Virus record (IMG/VR): IMGVR_UViG_3300010397_000004
Location: 1 to 64,000 of that record
Length of the DNA: 64,000 bases
Source of the DNA: a virus
Strand: one strand, 5' to 3'
Shown: positions 9,474 to 19,886 of the stretch, piece by piece
Position numbering within the stretch: position 1 is the first letter of the stretch
Layout: each line of letters starts with the position of its first letter
Position numbers and translations under genes: made by a program
Notes under the pieces: model-generated
The model's database searches: none
Seen by the model: the letters and a program-made list of their open reading frames with translations, nothing else
Told to the model about the DNA's origin: nothing

Positions 9474-10031
9474 ATGGGCGTCACCGGCTCAAACCTCGTC
9501 CAGGGTCCAGCGATTCTCTACTACGGCGCATACCAGGCCGCCGAACCGGCCGACTCCGCCGTTGCGACAGCACCGGCGTCGGCCTGGTCGGACCTCGGCG
9601 GCACCGACGACGGCATCACCCTCAGCATCGGCCGCGAGTTCTCGGAGCTGAGCATCGACCAGGTGCTGTACATCATCGCCACCCAGCCCACCAAGGTCGA
9701 CCCCGTCATCAAGACCAGCCTCGCGGAAGCCACGCTGGCCAACTTCGCCAAGGCCATGAACGGCGGCACCGTCGTCACGTCGTCCGGGTACTCCACGTAC
9801 GACCCGGACATCACCGAGGCCAACTTCCAACCGACCTACTTCGCGCTGATCGTGGACGGTTGGGCGCCCGGGTCGGCGAAGCGCCGCCGGGTGATCGCCC
9901 GGAAGTGCCTCTCGATCGAATCGATCGAGTCGGCCTACAAGAAGGACGGCAAGTTCATGTACCCGGTGAGCATGCGCGTCCACTACATCGACTCGTCGAC
10001 GAAGCCGTTCCACATCGTCGACGCCACCTGA
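9474..10031 (+). CDS. Major tail (tube) protein
   Basis: WSDLGGTDDGI..DQ..SLAEATLAN; precedes the chaperones. Confidence 0.85.
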   Translation: MGVTGSNLVQGPAILYYGAYQAAEPADSAVATAPASAWSDLGGTDDGITLSIGREFSELSIDQVLYIIATQPTKVDPVIKTSLAEATLANFAKAMNGGTVVTSSGYSTYDPDITEANFQPTYFALIVDGWAPGSAKRRRVIARKCLSIESIESAYKKDGKFMYPVSMRVHYIDSSTKPFHIVDAT

Positions 10032-10056
10032 TCACAACGAAGGAGAACCGTTCCCC

Positions 10057-10383
10057 ATGATCAAGCAACCGCTGCGACTGTCCACAAAGGTCGGCGCCGA
10101 GCGCATCGCCAACCAGACCCGTGTGCCGCTGTTCTACATCGACGACACCGAGTACACCATCCCGAACGAGGTCGACATGGTCATCGCGCTGAGGTACGCC
10201 GAGGTGACCACCGTGGAAGGCCAGGAGGCCGCCCTCGTCGGCCTCTTCAAAGAGGTCGTCGGCGAGGAAGCGTGGGCAGCGCTACTCGCCTACAAGGGCA
10301 TGGCCAAGGACGAGCTGATCCAGCTGCTCGAGTCGGTCAACGAACACGTCATGGGCGCGCTACAGGAAGCGCAGGGAAAATAG
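10057..10383 (+). CDS. Tail assembly chaperone (G)
   Basis: Between tail tube and tape measure genes; ends in a slippery site. Confidence 0.8.
   Translation: MIKQPLRLSTKVGAERIANQTRVPLFYIDDTEYTIPNEVDMVIALRYAEVTTVEGQEAALVGLFKEVVGEEAWAALLAYKGMAKDELIQLLESVNEHVMGALQEAQGK
10374..10380 (+). other. -1 programmed frameshift site G GGA AAA
   Basis: XXXYYYZ heptamer just before TAG; the -1 frame stays open to 10766. Confidence 0.85.
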
Positions 10384-10766
10384 GCGCCCGGTTCGCCGGG
10401 CCGCTTCACCAACGCACCCTTCAGGTCCAGTGGGTGCTCGACTACCTCGACGACATCGAGTCCGACCTCTCGGCGTTCCATCGCATCGACGACATGTACG
10501 CGATGTCCGGGCCGCGGTTCTTCCGGTTTGCCGAACGCCTGCCGGCCTACGACGGCGTGATGCGGGTACGCGCCACAGCCCTCGCGGAGGGCGACAACCC
10601 CGGCGCTTCAACCGGCACCCGCAGCGGTGGCGATGCGGCTCCCAGCCCAGCCCAGTACAGCGTCGGGCGAACGCTCTACGACACCCCCGAGCCGATCACG
10701 CCGCTCTCAATCGTTTCGGACCCCGTCCTCGGATCGCTGTTCTCATACGGCACCGGCCCAGGCTGA
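10380..10766 (+). CDS. Tail assembly chaperone frameshift extension (GT)
   Basis: DDIESDLSAFHRID..RLPAYDG is typical of actinophage GT extensions. Confidence 0.75.
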   Translation: MGARFAGPLHQRTLQVQWVLDYLDDIESDLSAFHRIDDMYAMSGPRFFRFAERLPAYDGVMRVRATALAEGDNPGASTGTRSGGDAAPSPAQYSVGRTLYDTPEPITPLSIVSDPVLGSLFSYGTGPG

Positions 10767-10784
10767 CCAGGACGGGGGTGGACC

Positions 10785-13706
10785 ATGACCGCCCCCGTCC
10801 CCGGCACCGGGTTCCGCATCGCTACGGGGTTTCTTCGGGTCGAAGCCGACGACTCGAAGGCCCGCCGCGACACCGACAAGTTCCTCGCCGACACCGACCG
10901 CAAGTTCGCCGCCGGCGGCCGCAGCAGCGGCGGATCGTTCGGCCTCGGCCTGCTGTCCGGACTACGCCCGCACTTCGTCCGCATCGGCGAGCAGATCAGC
11001 GAGCTGTTCAAACGGGCGATCAGCGCCGGCCTCCAGCTCACCAAGTTCGGGCTCATCGCCGGCGTCGTGGCCGCCGGCGTCGGCGAGATCGCGTCCGCGA
11101 TCGCCGGACTAATCCCGCTACTGAGCCAGCTGGTCAACGCGCTCGTCGCCGCCTCGGGGTCGGCACTCCTGCTGCCCCCGGCCCTCATCGCCGCGGGGGC
11201 GGCGTTCGCAACACTGAAGATCGGCCTGTCCGGGTTCGGCACTGCGCTCAAAGACGCCTTCTCCAACAAAGAGGGTCTGCAGAAGCAGTTCGCCGACTCG
11301 CTGGCCAGGCTGGCACCGGCCGCCCGGGACGTGGTCAAGGAGATCGTCAAGCTCAAGCCGGCGCTCACCGGTCTGAAGCTGGACGTCCAGAGCGTCCTCT
11401 TCTCGAAGCTCGCCCTCTCGTTCCGCGACCTGGGTCGCACCTGGGTGCCGCTGCTCAACGTGGGACTGAAGCAGATGGCGGCCAGCCTCAACGGCGGGAT
11501 CCGCGACATCCTGTCGTACCTCGTGGCGGCCAGCACACAGGCCGACTGGGCGACCATCCTGAAGAACTCCGCGGCGTCGGCCAGCTCATTCGCCGGCGCT
11601 CTCCGGCCGCTGCTGCGGATCCTGACTGACGTCTCCACCGTCGGGTCCGCCGTCCTGGCCAAACTGGCCGGCGGCCTTCCCGCTGCGCTCGACCGGTTCG
11701 CCAACAAGGTCTCTGCGCTCCGCAAGGACGGCGGCCTGGCCGACATCATCACCGGCGGCCTCGACGCACTGAAGCAGTTCGGCGGACTGCTCGTCGACGT
11801 CGGCGGGATCTTCAAAGGGATCTTCTCTGCGTCCGGCACCTCGAATGGGCTATTCAGCTTTTTCGATCGACTAAACAAGCTGATCAACTCGGCCAGCGGC
11901 CAGACCAACCTCGGCAAGATCTTCGAGAGCCTGTCCCAAGTCGGCACAGCCCTGATGCCCGTTCTCGCCGCCGTCCTCGCCGCCCTGGTCCCCATTGCGA
12001 ACGGGCTGGCCACCATTGCGATCGCGCTCGGACCCGGGCTCACCACCCTGGTGACCGCGCTCGGCAGCGCGCTCGCCAGCCTGGCCACCCCCCTCGCCGG
12101 CATGGCGCCCATCTTCGCTGCCCTCGCCGCCGGGCTGCAGCCCCTGGCCAACATCATCACCGGGTTCCTGCTCGGCTTCACACCCGGCGTGGCCGCAGCC
12201 GTCACCGCGCTCGGCTCCGCCCTGTCCGGCCTCGCCCCGACCGCTGCGGCACTCGGCGGCGTCCTCGGCGGTGTGCTCGGCCAACTCATTCCAGTGCTCG
12301 TACCGATCGCCCAGATCCTGGCCCAACTCATCCTCACCCTGGCCCCGGGTGTGCTCGCATTCCTTTCATCCTTGGCAGCCGGCCTAGCGCCGCTCGTCGG
12401 CGTCGCCCCGCTCGTGGGGAAGGCGCTGTCGGGAATCCTCGCCGCGATCGCGCCGCTGCTCGAGGTGGCCGGCCCGGCCTTGGCCTACCTGCTCGGCCTG
12501 CTCGCAGTCCAACTGACAGGGCTGGTCAACGCGTTCGGTCCGCTCGCCGTCATCTTCGCCCAAGGGCTGGGCGAGGCCATCACCGACCTGCTGCCCGGCC
12601 TCATGCAGGCGGCCACCCTGATCCTGCCGTTGCTCGTCACGCTAGGCGCCAGGTTGGCCGCATCGTTCGCGCCCCTTGTTCCGGTGCTGGTGCAATTCGT
12701 GCAGATTTTCGCTGCGCAATTGGCCGTACACATTCCAATCGCGGTTCGAATGTTCGAACAGCTATTCACTGTATTCGCCATAGCCGGCGACATCATTGCT
12801 CGAAATCTGCTTCAGGTTTTCGTAGCGTTGATCCCCGTGCTGCCACAATTGGTAGTCCAGGGACTCGCGCTCGTTGAGGCGCTCTTCCGGCTATTCGTGG
12901 TCATTTCGCCAATGCTGCCGGGACTGGCCTATCTGGGGCTCCTGCTAACACAGATTGCGGTCAAGACCGGGATTCTTCAGTTGGCGATCGAACTGCTGAC
13001 ATTGGGCATCCAGTGGGCCACAGGGGTCGTCCGAATGCTCGGCGCAGTCATCGAGCTCTTCGTTGCGCCCGTCGACCGGGCCAAAAAGGGAATCGAATCA
13101 TTCGGCGCCACCGCGCACGAAACAATGGGTAACGTCGCCGCCTTGTTCCGCGGGCTCGGAAGTACCATCACAAACGCAGTCGGAAATCTGGGCTCGCTTC
13201 TCTACAACGCGGGTCGGAATGTCGTGCAGGGGCTGATCAACGGCATCAAGGACATGTTCGGCAACCTGGGAAACATCATGGGTTACGCGGCGCAGATCGT
13301 GCGCGACCACTGGCCATTCTCGCCGGCCCGCCGTGGTCCGCTATCCGGGCGTGGCGACCTGAAGTACGCCGGCCGTAACGTATTGACCCGCATTGGTGAG
13401 GGTATGGCCGCCGGCCGCGGTGACCTCGCCCGCCAGGTCGCCGAAATTGCCGGCATGCTCAACATCCAGGCCGGTGGCGGTCTCGCTATGGCAGGGGCGG
13501 GCGCAGGTGCGACCGCGGGTGCCGGAAACGGTGCACCTGCCTACTTCGGTCCGTACCACCTCCAACTCGCCGACCAGACGCTCGCGTCGTTCGTTATCGA
13601 TGCGATCACCGGGAACCCGGTCGACGTGGCCGAGGCCGTCGACGCCGGTAACCGGACCCGGGCGTGGGCGGACTCAGGACGCAAGCGGATCGGAGCGCCA
13701 CAGTGA
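10785..13706 (+). CDS. Tape measure protein
   Basis: 973 aa, Ala/Leu/Gly helical repeats; PFSPARRGPLSG motif near the C-terminus. Confidence 0.92.
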   Translation: MTAPVPGTGFRIATGFLRVEADDSKARRDTDKFLADTDRKFAAGGRSSGGSFGLGLLSGLRPHFVRIGEQISELFKRAISAGLQLTKFGLIAGVVAAGVGEIASAIAGLIPLLSQLVNALVAASGSALLLPPALIAAGAAFATLKIGLSGFGTALKDAFSNKEGLQKQFADSLARLAPAARDVVKEIVKLKPALTGLKLDVQSVLFSKLALSFRDLGRTWVPLLNVGLKQMAASLNGGIRDILSYLVAASTQADWATILKNSAASASSFAGALRPLLRILTDVSTVGSAVLAKLAGGLPAALDRFANKVSALRKDGGLADIITGGLDALKQFGGLLVDVGGIFKGIFSASGTSNGLFSFFDRLNKLINSASGQTNLGKIFESLSQVGTALMPVLAAVLAALVPIANGLATIAIALGPGLTTLVTALGSALASLATPLAGMAPIFAALAAGLQPLANIITGFLLGFTPGVAAAVTALGSALSGLAPTAAALGGVLGGVLGQLIPVLVPIAQILAQLILTLAPGVLAFLSSLAAGLAPLVGVAPLVGKALSGILAAIAPLLEVAGPALAYLLGLLAVQLTGLVNAFGPLAVIFAQGLGEAITDLLPGLMQAATLILPLLVTLGARLAASFAPLVPVLVQFVQIFAAQLAVHIPIAVRMFEQLFTVFAIAGDIIARNLLQVFVALIPVLPQLVVQGLALVEALFRLFVVISPMLPGLAYLGLLLTQIAVKTGILQLAIELLTLGIQWATGVVRMLGAVIELFVAPVDRAKKGIESFGATAHETMGNVAALFRGLGSTITNAVGNLGSLLYNAGRNVVQGLINGIKDMFGNLGNIMGYAAQIVRDHWPFSPARRGPLSGRGDLKYAGRNVLTRIGEGMAAGRGDLARQVAEIAGMLNIQAGGGLAMAGAGAGATAGAGNGAPAYFGPYHLQLADQTLASFVIDAITGNPVDVAEAVDAGNRTRAWADSGRKRIGAPQ

Positions 13707-14605
13707 CCGCCGACGTCCGTATCTACTTTGGACAACCGGGCTCTCTTACGACGCTGCCGCACCCCAAGGGAGGCGTGAGGAGCACCCGGCTCCGTCCCAC
13801 TGTTGTGTTCGGCACCGGTGGCGGCGGTGTGCGGGTCGGGAAAATCACCGGCGGCAAACGGCAGTACACGCTCAGCTGGAGCGGCCTCGACCTCGACACC
13901 TTCAGCACCCTGCTGGAGTTCGATCAGGGCCACCGCGGGCCCGGGCCGTTCGTGCTGCTGGACCCCGGCCAGCGGAACATGCTGACCGTCAACCAGAGCA
14001 GCACAACGTCGGAGACCAACGACACCGACAACTTCACTGTCGCCGGGTCCGGCTACTCCGCGACCAGCGAGTCCACTGTGTACCGTCGCGGGCCGCGGTC
14101 GTTCCGGGTGAACATCGCCTACGCATCGCAGTCCGGCACCGTCACCTTGGATCCGCCGGCCGCGGACTGGCCCGGCATCCCGGTGTACGCCAGCCGGCCG
14201 ATCGTGTTCTCGTACTGGGCGCGCGGCAGCGGGTCGGACCCGATCGTCACCCTGACCCCGAAACTGACCTGGTACAGCACCGCCGGGGTGAGCCTGTCCA
14301 CGACATCTGGCACCCCGACCCCGACGGCGTCAGCGTCATGGACGCAGATGTCGGTAACGGACACCCCGCCGGCTTCGGCCGCCTACGTTCTCTGCTCTGT
14401 GGCCGCATCCGGGGGATCAATTTCGGCCAGCGCCAGCCTGTACTTCGACCAGTTCCAACTCGAGGAAGGCGCCGCCGCGGGCACCTGGCGGCCCGGCACC
14501 GGTGTCATGCCCGTCCAGATCATCTCCGTCGCTGAGGGCTGGCCGTTCTACCACCCCGAGCTGCGCGACGCCCCAACGATGATCCTGCAGGAGGCGGGGC
14601 CGTAG
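13703..14605 (+). CDS. Minor tail protein (distal-tail-like, with probable carbohydrate-binding insert)
   Basis: GTGA overlap with the tape measure gene; CBM-like WTQMSV..YFDQFQLEEG segment. Confidence 0.65.
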   Translation: MTADVRIYFGQPGSLTTLPHPKGGVRSTRLRPTVVFGTGGGGVRVGKITGGKRQYTLSWSGLDLDTFSTLLEFDQGHRGPGPFVLLDPGQRNMLTVNQSSTTSETNDTDNFTVAGSGYSATSESTVYRRGPRSFRVNIAYASQSGTVTLDPPAADWPGIPVYASRPIVFSYWARGSGSDPIVTLTPKLTWYSTAGVSLSTTSGTPTPTASASWTQMSVTDTPPASAAYVLCSVAASGGSISASASLYFDQFQLEEGAAAGTWRPGTGVMPVQIISVAEGWPFYHPELRDAPTMILQEAGP

Positions 14606-17061
14606 TGCAGGACGCCACCGCGAACTTCGCGCTCGCCGTGTCAGCGTCCACAGTGGCGTGGCTGCCGCCGCTGGTGTACGCGGACTGGGCCCAGGACGGG
14701 TACGGGACCACCAACTCGATCGACGACCTGTCCGGGCAGTCCAACAACATCCAGATCAGCCACGGCCTCGACGACGGCCTGCCAGACGAAGTCGCCTTCG
14801 GCACAACGTCAGGGGTTCCCACACTCACTGCCGACCTAGGCGGCCGCGGCGAAGTGACCGCGGCGCGCTACTTCTCCCCGTTCCGCACCGACTCACCGCT
14901 GTACGGGTACGAGCGGGACGTCGCCCCGCTCAAGGTCGACCACGGGTTAGTGACCGCTGGCGGCAAGGAGCGGATCCGGGTCTTCACCGGGCAAATGGCC
15001 GACGCCCCGGTCACTGGTGAGAAGGCGTCGCTGCAGGGTATCTCCGCAACGAGGGTCGCCCTGTCCACCCTGGTGCAACCACCCGTCATCGCCGGGGTGT
15101 TCAACCTGGCCGACACCGGGCTGACCGCGTCGTGGCCGGTGTCGTTCTCGCTCTACCAGTGCGGCATCTACTCCAGCCCACCCCCCGTACCCGGGTGCCG
15201 GGTCTGGATTCCGATGCACGGCGGCGGGAATGCCATGCTGCCCTCGGAGAACAGGTACCACGGTGTGCCATCCCTGAAGGGCATCGCCAAGGTCACCGGG
15301 GACACCTTCTTCGACCTCGCCGAACCCCGCGGTACACGCGGCCCATTCGTTGGTGCCGGCCGGTGCAGAGTCACCGCTGACAAGATCGCCGGGTGGAGCG
15401 GGTTCGTTTCGGTCCACGACATGGAGACCGGCGACGACTGGCTCACCACCGCGGGCAGTCGCGGCCGACTGCAGTTCTACGTCCGCGGCGACCTCGTCAA
15501 CGTCAACACCGCCCCGGGCGGTTCGGCAAGCTTCAACTGGGACGAGGTCGCGGACGTTGGCGGCCCCAGCGACCAGATCCTGGCCGGCGCCTACTGGACT
15601 ACCCCAGCCAGCGGCCCGTACGTCGTGGCAGGCGTCGACCTGTCCCGCAGAGTGTTCGTCCACGTCTTCGACGGCACCCACAACGCCACCCTCACCAGCT
15701 CGGCATCGGTGGCCAGCGACGGCGAATGGCACCTCGTTGGCGCAGCCTGGGACGTCGCCAACAACCAGCTATGGGTCAACGTCGACGGCACCGTCACCAC
15801 CAGCACCCCATCGCCGACGCTGTCGACGGCCGGCCTCGGCAGCACCCACCTCACAGGCGAACTCGACGACGGCATGAACTTCAACTCGGCGCTCACCTTC
15901 GCCGAGGTCCACTTCACCACCGGCGCCAACGCCAGCCCCGCCGTCGACTCGACCTGGCTCGATACGCAAACGTGGACCCGGCGGGCGTACCTGTACCCCT
16001 CCTCGCTCCGGCTCGTCGCCGTCGCCGAGGCCCAGCCACGCGAGGCGTGGGAGTACATCTCCTCACTGGCCCAGGCCGAATGCGCGAGCCTGCGCATCGA
16101 CGAGAACGATGCCGTCCAGCTGTGGCCGCGTGGTTACTTCGCCACCGTCGCGGGCCAGACCGTCGCCGAGACCATCACCACCGACCTCGATGCTGGCGTG
16201 CCCGACGTGGCAATGGACCGGACCCGCATCCGCAACGTCGCCCGCGTCACCTACCGGCAAACGAGGATCGACGCCCAACTGACCCAGTCGCCCATCCTGG
16301 ATTTCCGCAGCCTGGTGGCCATCCCGACCGGAGTCACCCAGATCAGCTTCGCGCTGCCAACGCCTGTCATCGCCCTCCTCGATTCGCTGTTCGGGTCGTT
16401 GACCCACCTCACCGCCAACCAGATCGCCGGGATCGACCCGTTCGCGGTCGGCCCCAACTACGTGAGTCTGAACACCAGCAGTGATGCGCTCGGAACGTAC
16501 TCCACCAGCTCCGATGTGGACGTCACCGTCGTGTCCTGGGATGCCGGGCAGGTTCTGGTCCAGTTCAACAACCTGACCTCATTCACCTGGTACCTCGTCA
16601 ACGACAGCGACTCGCAGGGCACGGACTTCGCGTACCTCGCCATCCAGGGCATCGCCATCCCTTCGACCGACGCCACCGTGACCGAAGCCTATGGGGCGTC
16701 GCTGGATGTGCGCGGCGAGCGTGCGGTCGTCGTCAACCTCCCCGCCATTCAGTCCAGTGTGGACGCTGCCCGGGTGGCGCGCCGGATCCTGGGAGATCTC
16801 GCATTCCCGCAACCCGTCATCCCGCAAGTCGACGTGTTCGGTGATCCGCGCCGCCAACCAGGCGACCTGGTCGTCTTCACCGACGACGCCGAGACCGGCG
16901 CCAACGGCCAATGGCGGTGCTGGGCGGTGAAACACCGAATCAACGGCGCCGACTACCGGCAGACGCTGCGCCTGTCGCAGGCCCGCTCCGTAGGCCGGTG
17001 GGGTGATGGCGTGTCCCGTTGGGGGCGCGTTGTGTGGGCCGGACTCGAGGAGGACGCATGA
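14605..17061 (+). CDS. Minor tail / baseplate hub protein with LamG-like insert
   Basis: DGEWHLVGAAWD..LWVNVDG LamG motif; C-terminal GDPRRQPGDLV. Confidence 0.7.
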   Translation: MQDATANFALAVSASTVAWLPPLVYADWAQDGYGTTNSIDDLSGQSNNIQISHGLDDGLPDEVAFGTTSGVPTLTADLGGRGEVTAARYFSPFRTDSPLYGYERDVAPLKVDHGLVTAGGKERIRVFTGQMADAPVTGEKASLQGISATRVALSTLVQPPVIAGVFNLADTGLTASWPVSFSLYQCGIYSSPPPVPGCRVWIPMHGGGNAMLPSENRYHGVPSLKGIAKVTGDTFFDLAEPRGTRGPFVGAGRCRVTADKIAGWSGFVSVHDMETGDDWLTTAGSRGRLQFYVRGDLVNVNTAPGGSASFNWDEVADVGGPSDQILAGAYWTTPASGPYVVAGVDLSRRVFVHVFDGTHNATLTSSASVASDGEWHLVGAAWDVANNQLWVNVDGTVTTSTPSPTLSTAGLGSTHLTGELDDGMNFNSALTFAEVHFTTGANASPAVDSTWLDTQTWTRRAYLYPSSLRLVAVAEAQPREAWEYISSLAQAECASLRIDENDAVQLWPRGYFATVAGQTVAETITTDLDAGVPDVAMDRTRIRNVARVTYRQTRIDAQLTQSPILDFRSLVAIPTGVTQISFALPTPVIALLDSLFGSLTHLTANQIAGIDPFAVGPNYVSLNTSSDALGTYSTSSDVDVTVVSWDAGQVLVQFNNLTSFTWYLVNDSDSQGTDFAYLAIQGIAIPSTDATVTEAYGASLDVRGERAVVVNLPAIQSSVDAARVARRILGDLAFPQPVIPQVDVFGDPRRQPGDLVVFTDDAETGANGQWRCWAVKHRINGADYRQTLRLSQARSVGRWGDGVSRWGRVVWAGLEEDA

Positions 17062-17570
17062 CGATCGTGGCCCCAGCGGACGGCGACCTGCTCGACCCGG
17101 ACTGGGCCGCGGACATCACCGACGCGGTCAACGACCACGAGACCCGACTCGACGCGTTAGAGGTTGGTTGGACCACCTACGTGCCCACCCTTACCAACCT
17201 CACCAAGGGCAACGGCACGATCACCGCGGCCTACCGTCGGCGATGGGGGAACACGGCCGACGTGAGGTTCAAATTCACGCTCGGCACCACCAGCGCGGTG
17301 GGTACGGCCCCCGAGGTCAGCCTGCCAACGGGCATGGAGTTTGCGAGCTACTACTCCGACAACATCGACATGCTCGGCACTGTGGCCCTGAACGACACCG
17401 GCACGGCAACGCGCGGTGGCTTCATCCGGCCGGACTACGCAGGCAGCGCCATCATCATCAGCTCCTACACGACCGCCGGTGTCCTTCAAAACGTTTCGTC
17501 GACATTGCCGCACGTCTGGGCAGCGACGGACGTCATCGCGTTCCTGGCCCTTTCCATCGAGTTGGCCTAG
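17058..17570 (+). CDS. Minor tail / receptor-binding protein
   Basis: WTTYVPTLTN..GNGTITAAY; last gene of the tail module. Confidence 0.6.
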   Translation: MTIVAPADGDLLDPDWAADITDAVNDHETRLDALEVGWTTYVPTLTNLTKGNGTITAAYRRRWGNTADVRFKFTLGTTSAVGTAPEVSLPTGMEFASYYSDNIDMLGTVALNDTGTATRGGFIRPDYAGSAIIISSYTTAGVLQNVSSTLPHVWAATDVIAFLALSIELA

Positions 17571-17580
17571 GAGGAGCGTC

Positions 17581-18444
17581 GTGATCCAGTTCCCGGACAT
17601 CTCCCACTACCAGGGCAACATCGACCTCACCGGCGCCCAGGTCGTGGTGGCCAAAGCAACCCAGGGCGCCACCTACACCGACCCGCTGTATGGCCGTAAC
17701 AAGGCGGAGGCCGCCCGGGTCGGCGCCCTGTTCGTGGCGTACCACTGGCTCGATACCAGCGACGCTGGTGCGCAGGCTCGCCACGCGTTCGCGGTGGTCG
17801 GCGCCGACGTTCCCCTGATGATCGACGACGAGCAGGGCACCATCTCGGTACCGCACACCCTCGCCTTCGTCGACGCGTACCGAACGCTCGGCGGCCTGGT
17901 CGCGCTCGAGTACGCCCCGCGGTGGGTCTGGTGGAAGTCCGGCCAGCCCGACCTACGCCCGTTCACGGCGGCCGGGCTACACCTGGTGTCCTCGTCGTAC
18001 CCCCAGGCCGGCTACACCGCCACCGGCCCGGGCTGGGCCCCGTACGGCGGCGTCACGCCCACGATCTGGCAGTACACCGACGCCCGCCCCTTCAACGGCC
18101 AGCGGGTCGACTTCAACGCCTACCGCGGTAGCGCCGACCAGCTGCGGGCGCTGCTGTACGGCACGGCTCAACCCAGGGAGGACGACATGAAGCTATTCCG
18201 GGCCGAACCGAGCGGAGCCGTCTGGGTGTCCAACGGGCCGCAACGGTGGCACATCCCCGACGTCGACAGCTACCACAAGGCACTCAAGCTCTGGGGTCTG
18301 ACCGCGGCCGACGTCATCCCCATCGCCGACGGCGATGAGGCCGGCCTCGGCCAGGACGTCACCGCCGGCGCCGGCGGCCTGATCCCGCACGAGCACACCA
18401 TCCCGGCCGGCACAACCGGGCCGGCCGTGCCCGAGGCGGCGTAG
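17581..18444 (+). CDS. Endolysin, GH25 muramidase
   Basis: DISHYQG, AKATQG, AYHW, IDDE, WQYTD..VDFN motifs. Confidence 0.9.
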   Translation: MIQFPDISHYQGNIDLTGAQVVVAKATQGATYTDPLYGRNKAEAARVGALFVAYHWLDTSDAGAQARHAFAVVGADVPLMIDDEQGTISVPHTLAFVDAYRTLGGLVALEYAPRWVWWKSGQPDLRPFTAAGLHLVSSSYPQAGYTATGPGWAPYGGVTPTIWQYTDARPFNGQRVDFNAYRGSADQLRALLYGTAQPREDDMKLFRAEPSGAVWVSNGPQRWHIPDVDSYHKALKLWGLTAADVIPIADGDEAGLGQDVTAGAGGLIPHEHTIPAGTTGPAVPEAA

Positions 18445-18451
18445 CCCGGGT

Positions 18452-18802
18452 GTGGAAGACAGCAGCACCATCGCCTCCCTGGCGGCCATGTGGCCCCAGG
18501 GTGTCATTGGCGTCGGAATCTTCGGGCTCGTCGTCCTCGCGCTGCGGCTCGCGTTCAGCCAACGGCGCATCACCGCTGACGCGGACGCGCGCACCGAGCG
18601 CGCCGACAAGCGATACGACGACGAGGTCAGAGCGCATCAGGCGACGCAGGATCTCCTCGACGACGAGCGGGATCGGCGCCGCCGGATCGAGGACGAGATG
18701 AGCGAACTCCGGCAAGAGGTGATCTCGCTCCGCCGAGAGGTCGAGGCGAGCCGGCGCGAGGTCGCCGCGCTGCGCCGGCAACTCGACGGCAGTGCGCCGT
18801 GA
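18452..18802 (+). CDS. Membrane + coiled-coil lysis protein (holin-like)
   Basis: One transmembrane segment then a charged coiled coil; follows the endolysin. Confidence 0.6.
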   Translation: MEDSSTIASLAAMWPQGVIGVGIFGLVVLALRLAFSQRRITADADARTERADKRYDDEVRAHQATQDLLDDERDRRRRIEDEMSELRQEVISLRREVEASRREVAALRRQLDGSAP

Positions 18803-19377
18803 TGGCCGCGCACGCGGCCCAGTCCTGGGTGCGCCGGCTGGCGGCCGCGGCCCGGTCGCCGCGCGGCCAGTTGGCCACCCTGGTCACGTCGATCGTGCTT
18901 CTCGGCGTGGTGGTGCTGCTCTCGGTGCTGCTGCTGGTCGGGCACGCCACCGACCAGGCCGATGCGGCCAACGACCGGGCCAACCGAGCCGCCACCGGGG
19001 CCGAGCAGCTGTGCCAGCAGGTCCGCCAGCTGGGCGGCGTGTGCGCGGTCGACCCGGCGAGGTTCCGAGGCGCCACCGGGCCGGCCGGACCGCAGGGTCC
19101 CGCCGGGCCGGCCGGCATCCCCGGCCGCGACGGCGACCCCGGACCGCAGGGCGCGGCCGGTCCCGCCGGGCCGGCCGGGCCGGCCGGGCCAGTAGGCCCG
19201 CAGGGCCCGCCCGGTGACACGGGACCGCAGGGAACACCCGGGCCAGCGGGGCAGGCCGGTCCGCCCTGCCCGACCGGTACGCACGTCGAGGTCCTCAACG
19301 TCGTCACGACCAGCGGTACCCGGACCGCCCCGCTGTGTGTGACGGACACGCCGTCACCCAGCCCGGCGCCCGGCTAG
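18799..19377 (+). CDS. Membrane-anchored collagen-like (Gly-X-Y) protein
   Basis: Transmembrane helix, CxxxxxxGGVC, long GPA/GPQ repeat run. Confidence 0.75.
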   Translation: MMAAHAAQSWVRRLAAAARSPRGQLATLVTSIVLLGVVVLLSVLLLVGHATDQADAANDRANRAATGAEQLCQQVRQLGGVCAVDPARFRGATGPAGPQGPAGPAGIPGRDGDPGPQGAAGPAGPAGPAGPVGPQGPPGDTGPQGTPGPAGQAGPPCPTGTHVEVLNVVTTSGTRTAPLCVTDTPSPSPAPG

Positions 19378-19655
19378 GAAGCGCGCTCGCCCCCCGCGGC
19401 CTCCGCGTCGCGGAGGCGGTCGAAGTGGTCCGGCCCGGCCGAGCGGCCCGTCGTGTCGTGCCACTCGCCCTCGAGCTCGCAGCCGCCGGCGCGCCACTGC
19501 CATCGGCAGGTGAGGCAGAACTGGGTCGGGTGCCCGGCCGGCCCGCGGTCACCTGGCGGCAGCGGCCGGCACTGACACGGCGACCAGCCCACGATCACGT
19601 TCGGATACGCCAACTGGTGCCCGTTCGGGCAACGCGCTGGCTCGGGGACGTCCAT
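19374..19655 (-). CDS. Small Cys/His-rich protein on the opposite strand of the lysis cassette
   Basis: CPNGH..CQC..GH..CLTC; fills the gap between the collagen-like gene and the holin. Confidence 0.55.
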   Translation of the reverse strand: MDVPEPARCPNGHQLAYPNVIVGWSPCQCRPLPPGDRGPAGHPTQFCLTCRWQWRAGGCELEGEWHDTTGRSAGPDHFDRLRDAEAAGGERAS

Positions 19656-19682
19656 CGACCGAACCTACAAGGAAGGTCTGAC

Positions 19683-19886
19683 ATGAACCCATCGAAGATC
19701 GCCAAGGCGCTGACCGCGGGCGCGACCACCGCCCTCGGCATCTACTGGGCCGCAGACGCGAGCGGGAGCCTCAGCTGGCTGGCCCTTGCGGCCAGCCTGT
19801 GCGTCGGAGTCCTCTCCGGTGTGCTGACGTGGGCGGTACCGAACGCCGACACCCCGGCCGTCCCACCGGCCGAGGACAGCAAGTGA
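19683..19886 (+). CDS. Holin
   Basis: AAGGAAGG RBS; two TM segments; KAL..TWAVPN motif. Confidence 0.7.
   Translation: MNPSKIAKALTAGATTALGIYWAADASGSLSWLALAASLCVGVLSGVLTWAVPNADTPAVPPAEDSK

Noticed and set aside
19070-19265. DNA tandem repeat element
   Set aside because: Explained by Gly-Pro-X collagen-like coding.
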